DNA from: Ranitomeya imitator
Taxonomy: Eukaryota
Assembly: GCF_032444005.1 (NCBI RefSeq)
Contig: NC_091283.1
Coordinates: forward strand, 247,628,001 to 247,692,000
Direction: 5' to 3'
DNA: 64,000 nucleotides
This document shows, piece by piece, positions 10,829 to 23,927 of this stretch (the first letter of the stretch is position 1; every line of letters starts with the position of its first letter). The notes beneath the pieces were generated by a model. It saw nothing but the letters and a program-made list of their open reading frames with translations. It searched no databases and was not told the DNA's origin. The translations under genes were made by a program, and so were the position numbers.

Positions 10829-12722
10829 GATGACAGTCTCTTCGGGATACAGTCAGGACCACACTCCGCCCACGCACTTCCGCCCACGCACTTCCTCCCG
10901 CTTCCCCGCACTTCCTGCTGCAGCGGTTCTGCACCACAAACCGCAATAAAACCCGCAGACATATTTTTGATCTGCGGGTTTTACTGCGGGTTTGACCTCA
11001 CAATGGAGGTCTATGGGTGCAGAACCGCTGCTGTTTCGGGAAAAGAAGTGACATGCTCCTTCTTTTTTCCCGCAGCTATTCAGCGCGGCTTTTTAAGGGA
11101 AATTCAGGATCATGTGCACAGCGGTTCCTGTTTTCCATAGGGTTACATTGTAATGTACCCTGCATGGAAAACAGCTGCGGAACCGCAGCGGCAAAACCGC
11201 TGCGGTTCCGCAGTAAAAAACGCACTGTGTGAACATACCCTTAGATTCTCTGCTTCACATTGGCTATAAAAACTAGACCATAATTGTGAATCTGTATGGC
11301 TATGAACAAACTTAAACTCTATATTACTTTTCTTAGAATAATCATGAATGAAATCCATTTTCTCACCTGTGGAATATATTTTCCTCTCCTGGATTGATCC
11401 AACCGTCAATGGATGGTCCTCTGTGTCTCTACTGAAATCCTCAGACCTCCATCATGGGACACATCCAGCTCTTTATGGTTGGAGACACGAATCCTCACTG
11501 TCTATAGGTTCTGTCTGATCCTTGTGACGTGAAATAGCAGAATTCCTGCGCCTTGAACAACAGGTGTTTAGCAGAGCTCTCCACCTCCGTGTGCAAGGGA
11601 AAGGATTTCACAAAAATAGTGCAAAAATCAGATTTGGCAGGGCTCGCCAAAATGTTAGAGAAAATAACAGTTTCTTACTTTTTTAAGTAGGAGCACAGTG
11701 AAGATAGAAAGGAAAGCAATATTTAATTGTGTGGATAAAACAAATCTTGTTTAATGTTCATTCAAAAAGTGATGACAAAAATGAAGAAAATAAGTTCATA
11801 GCACGTAGTAAGTATAAGATTATAGAAAACAAGCATTCATTGGTTCTTACATATGGTTTTGAAGTATGATGCGGTCTGGGTTGGAGATTCTCAAAGTATG
11901 AGAGATCTGTCTGAACAGGAGTTAGGTCGGCTTATATACTATTTTGACCCAAAGGCTTACATTGGATCTATTTTTCCTGTCTCATAACCACATATGGTCA
12001 TCTGCTGCTATGTTCATAGCCTCTACCATATTAGAAGAACACTAGTAACTTGCGGAATATGAATATTAGTTTTTTTGTACATTACCTCATTTTGAAATGC
12101 TTAAGCATATAGCCTGTGACCTTTAAGAACCATTTTTTATCTCCAAATAGCCACAGTTCTGACAAAAGCCCTATAGTTCTGACAAACAGGGAACAGATGT
12201 ATCGGCCACAATCCTCAGAATAACTCAGTCCCTCACTATCCAGAGTATCTATTTTCTAGTTAGAACCTGCATATGTTAAGTAAACTATATTTTTTAATTA
12301 TTATTGAAATACTATTATTTTACAGTGGCTTACCCTCCTTCTGGAGTGTGTCAATGACTGCCTTTTAGACATCTGTCTAGTCAGCAGTCTTCCTCATGAT
12401 TGTGGAGCCTACTGAAACAGACCAAGGGACCTTTTTAAAATGTTTAGGAAGCCATTCCAGGTGTTTTATTCTAATTTACTGACATAATGACTTTTGGGTT
12501 TTCATTGGCTGTAGGATCTAGTCATCAACAGAAATAAACACTTGAGATATATGACTCTGTAATGACTCTATATAATATAAGAGTTTCACTTTCTGCATTT
12601 AAGAACTGGAATAAATTAACTTTTTGATAATATTCTAACTTTGTGAGAAGCACTCTAATGTGACTATGTAAACACAATTAAGAACATAAAAAAGCTTCTC
12701 CCCTGTGTGAATTCTTTGGTGG

Positions 12723-14032
12723 CTAGAAAGAGATGGTTTCTTCACAAAACATTTTCCACAAAAATGAACATGAAAATGGCTTCACCCCTGTGTGTGTTCT
12801 TTGGTGGGTAACAAGATGCGTTTTCTGGTTAAAACATTTCCCACATTCTGAACAGGAAAAAGGCTTCTCCCCTGTGTGAGTTTTCTGGTGGCTATCAAGA
12901 TTCGTCTTCCTGTTAAAACATTTCCCGCATTCTGAACATGAAAAAGGCTTCTCCCCTGTGTGGGTTTTCTGGTGGCTAACAAGACTCGATTTGTGGTTAA
13001 AACATTTCCCACATTCTGAACATGAAAAAGGCTTCTCCCCTGTGTGGGTTTTCTGGTGGCTAACAAGATTTGATTTGTGGTTAAAACATTTCCTACATTC
13101 TGAGCAGGAAAAAGGCTTCTCCCCAGTGTGGGTTTTCTGGTGGCTAACAAGATTCGCTTTGTGGTTAAAACATTTCCCACATTCTGAACAGGAAAAAGGC
13201 TTCTCCCCTGTGTGAGATCTATGATGTCTGATAAGAACATTTTTATCTGTAAAACATTTGCCACATTCTGAACAAGAAAAAGGCTTCTCTCCTGTGTGGG
13301 TTTTCTGGTGGCTAACAAGATGCGCTTTCCTGTTAAAACATTTCCCACATTCTGAGCAGGAAAAATGCTTCTCTCCTGTGTGGGTTTTCTGGTGGCTAAC
13401 AAGATGCGCTTTCCTGTTAAAACATTTCCCACATTCTGAGCAGGAAAAAGGCTTCTCTCCTGTGTGAGACATATGATGTCTGATAAGAACTTTTTTATCT
13501 GTAAAACATTTCCCACATTCTGAACAAGAAAAAGGCTTCTCTCCTGTGTGAGTTCTTTGGTGGGTAACAAGCTGCGCTTTCCGAATAAAACATTTTCCAC
13601 ATTCTGAACATGAAAATGGCTTCTTCTCTGTGTGAATTCTCTGGTGACTGACAAAATCTGATTTCTTGTAAAAACATCTCCCACATTTGGAGCAAGAAAT
13701 TTTATTGTCTGCTTTGTGAAGGTTTTGTTGTTTGAGAAAGGACTTTTCTAGGGGAAAACTATTTCCGTATTCTGAAAATGAAAATGTCTTCATTGCTTTA
13801 GGAGCAGTTTGTTTTTTAATGCTTATTTTGTGACTTTGATTTTCCTTAGTAGTCGGGAATGAATCAGAAGACAGGATCTGTTCCACAGGATCAGATGACA
13901 GATCTTTGCTGTGAAGGGATGATGGTATATTTGGAGTAATGGCATTCACTTCAATTGTATCCTGTGGGATCTCAAGATTATCTGATTTAAACATTGAAGA
14001 TGTCAGCTGTCCTGCTGATCTGGTACGGTCAT
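12723..14032 (-). CDS. Terminal C2H2 zinc-finger exon of ZNF-B (11 intact fingers, 1 degenerate N-terminal finger, 1 frameshifted C-terminal finger)
   Basis: Acceptor TTGGCAG|AT at 14032. Tandem CxxC..HxxxH fingers with TGEKPF linkers. Phase is compatible with the linker exon at 28024-28114. Confidence 0.92.
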
Positions 14033-14426
14033 CTGCCAAGAATAAAACCAATTATTATTTTAGACTAAAATATCCTTGAATTCTATATTTTTGACCATTT
14101 CTACTTAAACGGTCTGTAAAGAAATTATTGAATTATTCACAAAGACAATGACAGTTTACAGTTTACTAGACTGTGCTCAAACCACATTAAGCCTCCATGC
14201 TTTTGGCATTACTATAGTGAGAAGAAATCGCTTATTGTATGGCATGTGTATCTCCTGGAGCACAATCTGGGCACTATGTGTTGGGTAATAACTTGGAATA
14301 TTTGCAATTTTCACTTTCCAACATTCACTGCGCGTGCTAATATCTGGAAACTGCAAGTGGAGTCAAAATAGTCACTATTCCTATAATTTATTGAGGGTTA
14401 TAATTTATAAAATGGAGTCATTTTAA

Positions 14427-15621
14427 CCCCTTCATGACCCCAGCTTTTTTTGGTTTTGCGTTTTCGTTTTCCGCTCTCCTCCTTCCCAGAGCCATACCTT
14501 TTTTATATTTCCGTCAATATGGCCATGGGAGGGCTTATTCTTTTGCAGGACGAGTTGCACTTTTGAACGACATTATTGGTTTTGGCATGTTGTGTACTAG
14601 AAAACGGGAAAAAAATTCCAAGTGTGGTGAAATTGCAAAAAAAGTGCAATCCCACACTTGTTTTTTGTTTGGCTTTTTTGCTAGGTTCACTAAATGCTAA
14701 AACTGAGATGCCATTATGATTTTCCAGGTCATTATGAGTTCATAGACACCAAACATGTCTAGGTTATTATTTATCTAAGTGGTAAAAAAAATTCCAAACT
14801 TTGCTTAAAAAAAAAATTGCACCCTTTTCCGATACCTGTAGCGTCTCCATTTTTCGTGATCTAGGGTTGGGTGAAGGCTTATTTTTTGTGTGCTGAGCTG
14901 ACATTTTGTAATGCTACCATTTTGGTGCAGATACATTCTTTTGATCGCCTGTTAATGCATTTTAATGCAATGTCGCGGTGACCCAAAAAAATCGTTATTC
15001 TGACGTTTCAATTTTTTCTCGCTACGCCATTTAGCAATCAGGTTATTTTTTTTATTGATAGATCGGGCGATTCTGAGCGCGTTGATACGAAATATGTGTA
15101 TATTTGATTTTTTTGTTTTATTTTGACTTTTTTTTTTACTTTTGCCAAGCTTCAATAGTCTCCATGGGAGGCTAGAAGCTAGCATAGCCTGATTGGCTCT
15201 GCTACATAGGAGCGATGCTCAGATTGCTCCTATGTAGTAGATTTACTGCATTGCTATGAGTGCTGACCACAGGGTGGCACTCACAGCAATCAGGCATCAA
15301 CAGCCATAGAGGTCTTCAATAGACCTCTGGTTCTCATGCCGACGCATCGCTGACCCCCGATCACGTAACGGGGGTCAGCAATGCACGCATTTTAGACCTG
15401 ATGGCCGGAAGCGCTAGTTAAATGCTGCTGTCAGCGTTTGACAGTAGCATTTAACTAGTTAATAGTGGCGGGTGGATCGTGAATCCACCCCCCCCCCCCC
15501 GCTATTGCGAGCACATGTCAACTGTTTTGAACAGGCTTTGATGCGGGCTCACTGCCGGAGGCCACATCAAAGCAGGGGTTCTGACGTCGGATGTACTATC
15601 CCGTCCGAGGTCAGAAAGGGG
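14427..15621. mobile_element. piggyBac-type non-autonomous element
   Basis: TTAA|CCCCTTCATGACC ... GGTCAGAAAGGGG|TTAA. No transposase. Confidence 0.85.
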
Positions 15622-15944
15622 TTAAAGGGATTTCATCTGCTCTGGTTTTCTGCAATTTTGTCATATTAGGAATTCTGCAAATGGTGTGCCCTCTCTCCTC
15701 TGGTATCTGCTCCTGCAATTTCTGCTTCGGACACCAGACGCTGCCTTACTCATTCTGAAGGCAATGCTGGTATCAGAGGTGGTGTTTGAACCAGAAGCTC
15801 TTGGCGGTGCAGGCTCCTCCCACCCACTAAGATTAGGGTGCCTGGCATTTGTAGTACCATCCAGTCTGGCAGTATGGGCATGTGGGCTGTCAGCTGCAGT
15901 AATCTGCTCCCTGTTTTAGCCATTTGGAAAGCACCAAACATTTT

Positions 15945-16450
15945 TTAATCAGATAAATTTGTATTAACGATAACAAGATTTACAACAGATCACATGTTCA
16001 TACTCATTTTATGTTTTACAGTAAATTAACCCCCCATAGAGGCCATATCAGGAGCAAACAATAATTCGTCCGTAGTTGATAATATCAAACAGAGTTCCAG
16101 TTTGCCATAAGTTGTACTCTATAATACTATATACTGGTATAACATTAATTAATCCTATTCAACCACGGCTGCCATAATTTATGGAAGAAATCTAGCTCAT
16201 CCCTCCTGGTGTAAATGCTTTTCTCAAGCTCAGTTATGTGGTTCGTTTGAGCAATGAATTCACGTCTGGACGGAGGCTCCTCTCTAACCCAATATTTTGC
16301 AATCAGTTTCCTTGCAAAAAACAATCTTGCAATTACAATTTTAGTTGTATTGTCAGTTAATATTTACCCTAATATACATATCAACGGATCCCTAGGAATA
16401 ACGTACCCATACACCACTCCAATGAGGACAATCTGGGACAATGCCAAAGC
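15945..16450. mobile_element. Possible decayed L1-type fragments
   Basis: Minus-strand FFHKLWQPWLN resembles an L1 ORF2 end, and plus-strand IWDNAKAY resembles an L1 ORF2 motif. Short and weak. Confidence 0.3.
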
Positions 16451-16467
16451 ATATGCCATACCATACC

Positions 16468-16970
16468 ATGACATACAAAGCCATCCACAACCTGTCTCCT
16501 CCATACATCTGTGACCTTGTCTCCCGGTACTTTCCTGCACCCAACCTCCGATCCTCACAAGATCTCCTTCTCTACTCCCCTCTTATCTCCTCTTCCCACA
16601 ATCGCATACAAGATTTCTCTTGCGTATCCCCCCTAATCTGGAACTCTCTACCACAACATATCAGACTCCCACCTACCATGGAAACCTTCAAAAAGAGCCT
16701 GAAGACCTACCTTTTCCGACAAGCCTACAACCTGCAGTAACCACCGATCGACCAAACAGCTGCATGACCAGCTCTATCCTCACCTACTGTATTTTCACCC
16801 ATCCCTTGTAGATTGTGAGCCCTCACAGGCAGGGTCCTCTCTCCTCCTGTACCAGTTATGACTTGTATTGTTTAAGATTATTGTACATGTTTTTATTATC
16901 TATACCCCTCCTTACATGTAAAGCGCCATGGAATAAATTGTGCTATAACAATAAATAATAATAATAATAA
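16468..16970 (+). mobile_element. L2-clade LINE 3' fragment
   Basis: ORF2 C-terminus TYKAIHNLSPPY...WNSLPQHIR...FKKSLKTYLFRQAY*, a 3' UTR and a (TAA)n tail. Same family as 59294-59728. Confidence 0.8.
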
Positions 16971-17667
16971 TATGCAATATGTCCGCCTGAGATTGCAAAC
17001 TCCTTGGGCAATCAGAGTTGGACTTCGAAAGCACCACACCTTACTAAAGCTTGAAGCACATTGCCAGAATCTGCCAGATACAGCCTTGATCTCCTCTAGT
17101 TCAGTCCTCTGTGCTCAGCTCCCGGTTTGTGTATTTGTTTCCTGTTGTGACCCCAGCCTGTTTACTGACTACTTTTATGTCTCCTGAGTTAGTATTTTCT
17201 CTGGCCTCTTGGTTCTGACACGGCTATCTGTCTATTCTTCTTCCCATCTTACTCCACAGAACAGTAGGTAACACTGTGGTTCAAGCCTAGGGGTCTCTGT
17301 GTAAGACCAAATCCATGTAGAGGGGTTAAAGAAGTTAAAGGGTAATGGACAAAACTGTGAATATAGACAATAACACATCTACTGAAATGATCAAGCTGAA
17401 CAATCATCCTCAGGAAAAAAATGAGTAGTGGTGAAACTTCTCTGGAGTAATTGGAGTATGGGACTTGGTGGCTCTAAGCAATATAAACCATCGGTATGGG
17501 ACTTGGTGGCTCTAAGCAATATAAACTATCGTATGGACCAATATTTTCTGTCAGATAAAAGTCAAGAAGAAATATTAGAAATTTAAATAGAACTTTCTTA
17601 TAATAGTGCAGAGCTGAGGGATCTTAATTTTAGATCTCGTGCATTTGGTAATTGAAACCTTTTTTAA

Positions 17668-20600
17668 CCCCTTTACCCGTTTTGCACGTTAATGACCGGG
17701 CCAATTTTTACAATTCTGACCACTGTCCCTGTATGAGGTTATAACTCTGGAACGCTTCAACAGATCCCGGTGATTCTGACATTGTTTTCTCATGACATAT
17801 TGTACTTCATGATAATGGTAAAAAATCTTTGATAGTACCTGCGTTTATTTGTGAAAAAAACGGAAATTTGGCGAAAATTATGAAAATTTCGCAATTTTCC
17901 AACTTTGAATTTTTATGAAATCAAATCACAGAGATATGTCACACAAAATACTTAATAAGTAACATTTCTCACATGTCTACTTTACATCAGCACAATTTTA
18001 GAACCAAAATTTTTTTTTGTTAGGGAGTTATAAGGGTTAAAAGTTGACCAGCAATTTCTCATTTTTACAACACCATTTTTTTTTAGGGACCACATCTCAT
18101 TTGAAGTCATTTTGAGGGGTCTATATGATAGAAAATACCCAAGTGTGACACCATTCTAAAAACTGCACCCCTAATCGTGCTCAAAACCATATTCAAGAAG
18201 TTTATTAACCCTTCTGGTGCTTCACAGGAATTTTTGGAATGTTTAAATAAAAATGAACATTTAACTTTTTTTCACAAAAAATTTACTTCAGCTCCAATTT
18301 GTTTTATTTTACCAAGGGTAACAGGAAAAAATGGACCCAAAAAGTTGTTGTACAATTTGTCCTGAGTACACCAATACCCCATATGTGGGGGTAAACCACT
18401 GTTTGGGCGCATGACAGTGCTCGGAAGCGAAGGAGCGCTATTTGACTTTTCAATGCAAAATTGACTGGAATCGAGATGGGACGCCATGTTGCGTTTAGAG
18501 AGCCAATGATGTGCCTAAACATTGAAACCCCCCACAAGTGACACCATTTTGGAAAGTAGACCCCCTAAGGAACTTATCTAGATGTGTTTTGAGCACTTTG
18601 ACCCACCAAGGGCTTCACAGAAGTTTATAATGCAGAGCCGTAAAAATAAAACAAAAATTTTTTCCCACAAAAATTATTTTTTTAGCTCCCAGATTTGTAT
18701 TTTCCTGAGGGTAAGAGGAGAAATTCGACCCCAAAAGTTGTTGTCCAATTTGTCCTGAGTACGCTGATACCCCATATGTGGGGGGAACCACTGCTTGGGC
18801 GCATGGCAGGGCTCGGAAGGGAAGGAGTGCCATTTGGAATGCAGACTTAGATGGAATAGTCTGCAGGCGTCACATTGCGTTTGCAGAGCCCCTAATGTAC
18901 CTAAACAGTAGAAACCCCCCACAAGTGACCCCATATTGGAAACTAGACCCCCCAGGGAACTCATCTAGATGTGTTGTGAGAACTTTGAACCCTCAAGTGT
19001 TTCACTACAGTTTATAACGCAGAGCCGTAAAAATAAAAAAATCTTTTTGTTTTCCCACAAAAATTATTTTTTAGCCCCCAGTTGTTGTCCAATTTGTCCT
19101 GAGTACGCTGATACCCCATATGTTGGGGTAAACCCCTGTTTGGGCACACGGGAGAGCTCGGAAGGGAAGGAGCACTGTTTTACTTTTTCAACGCAGAATT
19201 GGCTGGAATTGAGATCGGACGCCATGTCGTGTTTGGAGAGCCCCTGATGTGCCTAAACAGTGGAAACCCCCCAATTATAACTGAAACCCTAATCCAAACA
19301 CACCCCTAACCCTAATTCCAACGGTAACCCTAACCACACCTCTAAATCTGACACACCCCTAACCCTAATCCCAACCCTATTCCCAACTGTAAATGTAATC
19401 TAAACCCTAACCCTAACTTTAGCCCCAACCCTAACTGTAGCCCCAACCCTAACCCTAACCCTAGCCCTAGCCCTAACCCTAACCCTAGCCCTAACCCTAG
19501 CCCTAGCCCTAACCCTAGCCCTAACCCTAACCCTAGCGGGAAAATGGAAATAAATACATTTTTTTAATTTTTCCCTAACTAATGGGGTGATGAAGGGGGT
19601 TTGATTTACTTTTATAGCGAGTTTTTTAGCGGATTTTTATGATTGGCAGCCGTCACACACTGAAAGACGCTTTTTATTGCAAAAAATATTTTTTGCGTTA
19701 CCACATTTTGAGAGCTATAATGTTTCCATATTTTGGTCCACAGAGTCATGTGAGGTCTTGTTTTTTGCGGGACGAGATGACGTTTTTATTGGTAACATTT
19801 TCGGGCACGTGACATTTTTTGATCGCTTTTTATTCCGATTTTTGTGAGGAAGAATGACCAAAAACCAGCTATTCATGAATTTCTTTTGGGGGAAGCATTT
19901 AAACTGTGCCGTGTTTGGTAAAATTGATAAAGCAATTTTATTCTTCGGGTCAGTACGATTAAAGCAACACCTCATCTATATCATTTTTTATGTTTTGGCG
20001 CTTTTATACGATAAAAACTATTTTACAGAAAAAATAATTATTTTTGCATCGCTTTATTCTCAGGACTATAACTTTTTAATTTTTTTGCTGATGATGCTGT
20101 TTGACAGCTCGTTTTTTGCGGTACAAGATGTCGTTTTCATCGGAACCATGGTTATTTATATCTGTCATTTTGATCGCGTATTATTCCACTTTTTGTTCGG
20201 CGGTATGATAATAAAGTGTTGTTTTTTGCCTCTTTTTTTTTTTTCTTACGGTGTTTACTGAAGGGGTTAACTAGTGGGCCAGTTTTATAGGTCGGGTCGT
20301 TACGGACGCGGCGATACTAAACATGTGCACTTTTATTGTTTGTTTTTTTTATTTAGATGAAGAAATGTATTTAAGGGAATAATATTTTTTTTTCATTATT
20401 TAGGATTATTTTTTTTAATTTTTTTTACACATTTGGAAATTTTTTTTTTTACTTTTTTATTTTGTCCCAGGGGGGGACATCACAGATCAATGATCTGACA
20501 GTTTGGATAGCACTCTGTCAGATCACTGATCTGACGTATAGTGCTGCAGGCTTCACAGTGCCTGCTCGGAGCAGGCTCTGTGAAGCCACCTCCCTCCCTG

Positions 20601-20949
20601 CAGGACCCGGATCCGCGGCCATCTTGGATTGGGAACTGGAGCAGGGAGGGAGGTAGGAGACCCTCGCAGCAACGCGATCATATCGCGTTGCTGCGGGGGG
20701 CTAAGGGAAGCCCGCAGGGAGCCCCCTCCCTGCGCGATGCTTCCCTGTACCGCCGGCACACCGCGATCATGTTTGATCGCAGTGTGCCGTGGGTTAATGT
20801 GCCGGGGGCGATAAGCAGCTGACACCCGGACGCGATCGGCGGCGCTCCCCCCGTGAGCGCTGCCGATCGCATATGACGTACTATCCCGTCGAGGGTCAGA
20901 TAGGCCCAGGGCACCTCGACGGGATAGTACGTCTAAGGTCAGAAAGGGG
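17668..20949. mobile_element. piggyBac-type non-autonomous element (3.3 kb) with about 2.5 units of a ~380-bp satellite and a TAACCC-like array (19283-19536)
   Basis: TTAA at 17664-17667 and 20950-20953 with CCCCTTT termini. Perfect 20-bp subterminal hairpin 20875-20894/20914-20933. Confidence 0.85.
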
Positions 20950-21313
20950 TTAAACACTACCAGGGAGTTAGACTCAGATAAGTGAGGCAGGCCGATCCCA
21001 CCACAATCAAACTATCATACAGAATGAACATGTAACAAAAAATTTAAAAAAAGTTACATCCTCAAGAACAACATAAGTATGAGGGGAGAACTCCACCAGT
21101 AAACCGGTGTTGCACTCATTTATGGTGGACCATTGGAGCTACTATGAATCCTGACCAGAAGATTAGAGGAAATAATATTGCTCCCCATTTCAGGAGAGAT
21201 TGTGCAGTAATCTGAATTTCTTAGGATCAAAAACTATGGAATTTATGAGGTGGAGTGAATCCATGAAACCAGGGCTGGAGCCAACACATCTCCTGCAGGC
21301 GTGAATAAATGTA

Positions 21314-23501
21314 CGGTGGGTACAGAAAGTATTCAGACCCCTTTACATTTTTCACTCTTTGTTTCATTGCAGCCATTTGGTAATTTTAAAAAAGTTCATT
21401 TTTCTCTCATTAAATGTACACGCTGCACCCCATCTTGACTGAAAAAAATGAGAAACGTAGAAATTTTTGCAAATTTAATAAAAAAGAAAAACTGAAATAT
21501 CACATGGTCATAAGTCTTCAGAGCCTTTGCTCATACACTCATATATCAGTCACACGCTGTCCATTAACTCGTGATCCTCCTTGAGATGGCTCTACTCCTT
21601 CATTGGAGGCCAGCTGGGTTTAATTAACCCCCGGAGCCTTTTTCAGTTTTGTGTTTTAATTTTTAACTCCCCTTCTCCTCAGAGCCATAACTTTTTTATT
21701 TTTCCATCAATATAGCCATGTGAGGACTTGTTTTTGCGGGACGAGTTGTACTTTTGAATGACACCATTGATTTGACCATGTTGTGTACTAGAAAATGGGG
21801 AAAAATTCCAAGTGTGGTGAAATTTAAAAAATAAAGTGCAATCTCACACTTGTTTTTTGATTCTCCGGGTCATTATGAGTTCATAGACACCAAACATGTC
21901 TAGGTTCTTTTTCATCTATGTGGTGCAAAAAAAAGGAAACAGACACAAACTTTCTTAAAAAAAATAAGTAGAAAATTTGAGCCATTTTCCGATACCCGTA
22001 GCCCCTTATTTTTCGCGATATCGGGTCGGGGAAGGGCTTATTTTTTGTGCGTCGAGCTGTCGTTTTTTAATGACACCATGTTGGTGCAGATACGATCTTT
22101 GGATCACCCATTATTGCATTTTAATGCAATGTTGCGGCGACCAAAATAAGTAATTCTGGCAATTTTACTTTTTTCTCGCTATTCCGTTTAGCAATCAGGT
22201 TAATCCTTTTTTTATTGATAGATCGGGCGATATCAAATATGTGTATGTTTGATTTTTTTTTATTGTTTTATTTTGCATGGGGCGAAAGGGGGGTGATTTG
22301 CATTTTTATATTTTTTATTTTTATATATTTAAAAACTTTTTTGTTTTACTTTTGGCATGCACCAAGGTTACAACAGAATTTCTGCAGTACTCAAGATTCC
22401 TAAGAGCACAGTGGCCTCCATAATCCTTAAATGGAAGAAGTTTGGGACCAACAGAAGTCTTCCTAGACCTAGCCGTCCAGCCAAACTGAGCAATTGGTGA
22501 GAGAGGTAAAGAAGAACCCCAAGATCACTGTGGCCGAGCTCTAGAGATGCAGTAGGGAGATGGGAGAAAGTTCCACAAAGTCACCTATCACTGCAACCTC
22601 CACCAGTCAGGCCTTCATGGCAGAGTAGTGCAAGACCTATGACCTATGAAAGCCTCTCCTCAGTGCAAGACATATGAAAGCCGCATAGAGTTTCCTACAA
22701 ACACATGAAGGACTCCCAGACTATGAGAAATAAGATTCTCTGCTCTGATGAGATGAAGATAGACCTTTTTGGTGATAATTCTCAGCGGTATCACTGCTCA
22801 TCACCTGCCCAATACAATCCCAACATTTATACATGGTGGTGGCAGCATCATGCTATGGGGGTGTTTTTCAGCTGTAGGGACAGGACGACTGGTTGTCATT
22901 GAAGGAAACATGAATGTGGCCAAGTACAGAGATATCCTGGATGAAAACCTCTTCCAGAGTGCTCTGGACCTCAGACTTGGCCGAAGGTTCACCTTCCACC
23001 AAGACAATGACCCTAAGCACACAGCTAAAATAACAGAGGAGTGGCTTCAGAACAACTCTGTGACCATTCTTGACCGGCCCAGCCAGAGCCCTGACCTAAA
23101 CCCAATTGAGCATCTATGGAGAGACCTGAAAATGGCGTCCATCAACGTTCTCCATCCAACCTGACAGAACTGGAGAGGATCTGCAAGGAAGAATGGCAGA
23201 GGATCCCCAAATCCAGGGGTGAAAAACTTGTTGCATCATTCCCAAGAAGTCTCAAGGCTGTACTAGCTCTAAAGGGTTAATACTGAACAAAGGGTCTGAA
23301 TACTTATGACCATGTGATATTTCAGTTTTTCTTTTTTAATAAATCTGCAAAAATTACTACATTTTTGGTTTTTTTTCAGTGAAGATGGGGTGCAGAGTGT
23401 ACATTAATGAGAAAAAATGAACTTTATTGAATTTACCAAATGGCTGCAATGAAACAATGAAAAATGTAAAGTCTTCTTCTGAATACTTTCCGCACCCGCT
23501 G
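21314..23501 (+). mobile_element. Decayed Tc1-family (IR/DR-type) transposon
   Basis: TA flanks and ~200-bp TIRs (C.G.GGGT.C.GAAAGTATTCAGA). Transposase remnants: HTH region ~22360-22500, [36 protein letters not shown]. Frameshifts and deletions present. Confidence 0.88.
21628..22352. mobile_element. Truncated piggyBac-type MITE inserted into the Tc1
   Basis: TTAA|CCCCC start, homologous to 14427-15150. The right end is lost together with adjacent Tc1 sequence. Confidence 0.7.
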
Positions 23502-23927
23502 TATATTACAGCCATCAGCCACGCACAACTTAGAGATATATCATGGCACCGGTGTACTGTTTATTATGTGTATCACAATCTTGTATAAAGTTAGTCGGTT
23601 TAATAAGAAATTGAAAAGTCAGGATAAAGGGAAACTCTGTTATTGTCCAGAAATTCACACTTGGCCTCACTGCACATTCAATGCTGTCGATCATAAAAGT
23701 GAAGTTTGGCCAGAAAGACGGGACCTGGTCTTGTAGGGACCATATGTTCACATTCAGCAGCACAGAAGGGAGAGAAGGGAGATTCATCCGATAAGATCTC
23801 AGGGATCTAAAAACCACCCAAGCGATCCAAAATAGGATGACCAGCCAGAGACATAATATTAGGAAAGGTGTAATCTGTCTGTTTAGACATTTCGCTTTAG
23901 AATATAAATGAGATCCCACCAGTTTAA

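Larger units (their letters stand above)
3638..11240. mobile_element. Full-length PIF/Harbinger DNA transposon (about 7.6 kb)
   Basis: Perfect 14-bp TIRs GGGTATGTTCACAC (3638-3651) / GTGTGAACATACCC (11227-11240). Flanks are TAA (left) and TTA (right). Subterminal GCGTTTT/AAAACGC repeats. Encloses convergent transposase and MADF genes. Confidence 0.9.

Noticed and set aside
11365-11560. Possible extra minus-strand exon (CAG|GTGAG donor near 11365)
   Set aside because: No convincing acceptor, frame or homology.
12782-13684. 300-aa alternative-frame ORF and antisense ORFs over the finger array
   Set aside because: Shadow frames, common for tandem C2H2 repeats.
17457-17535. 38-bp tandem duplication
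   Set aside because: An ordinary local slippage event with no further structure.
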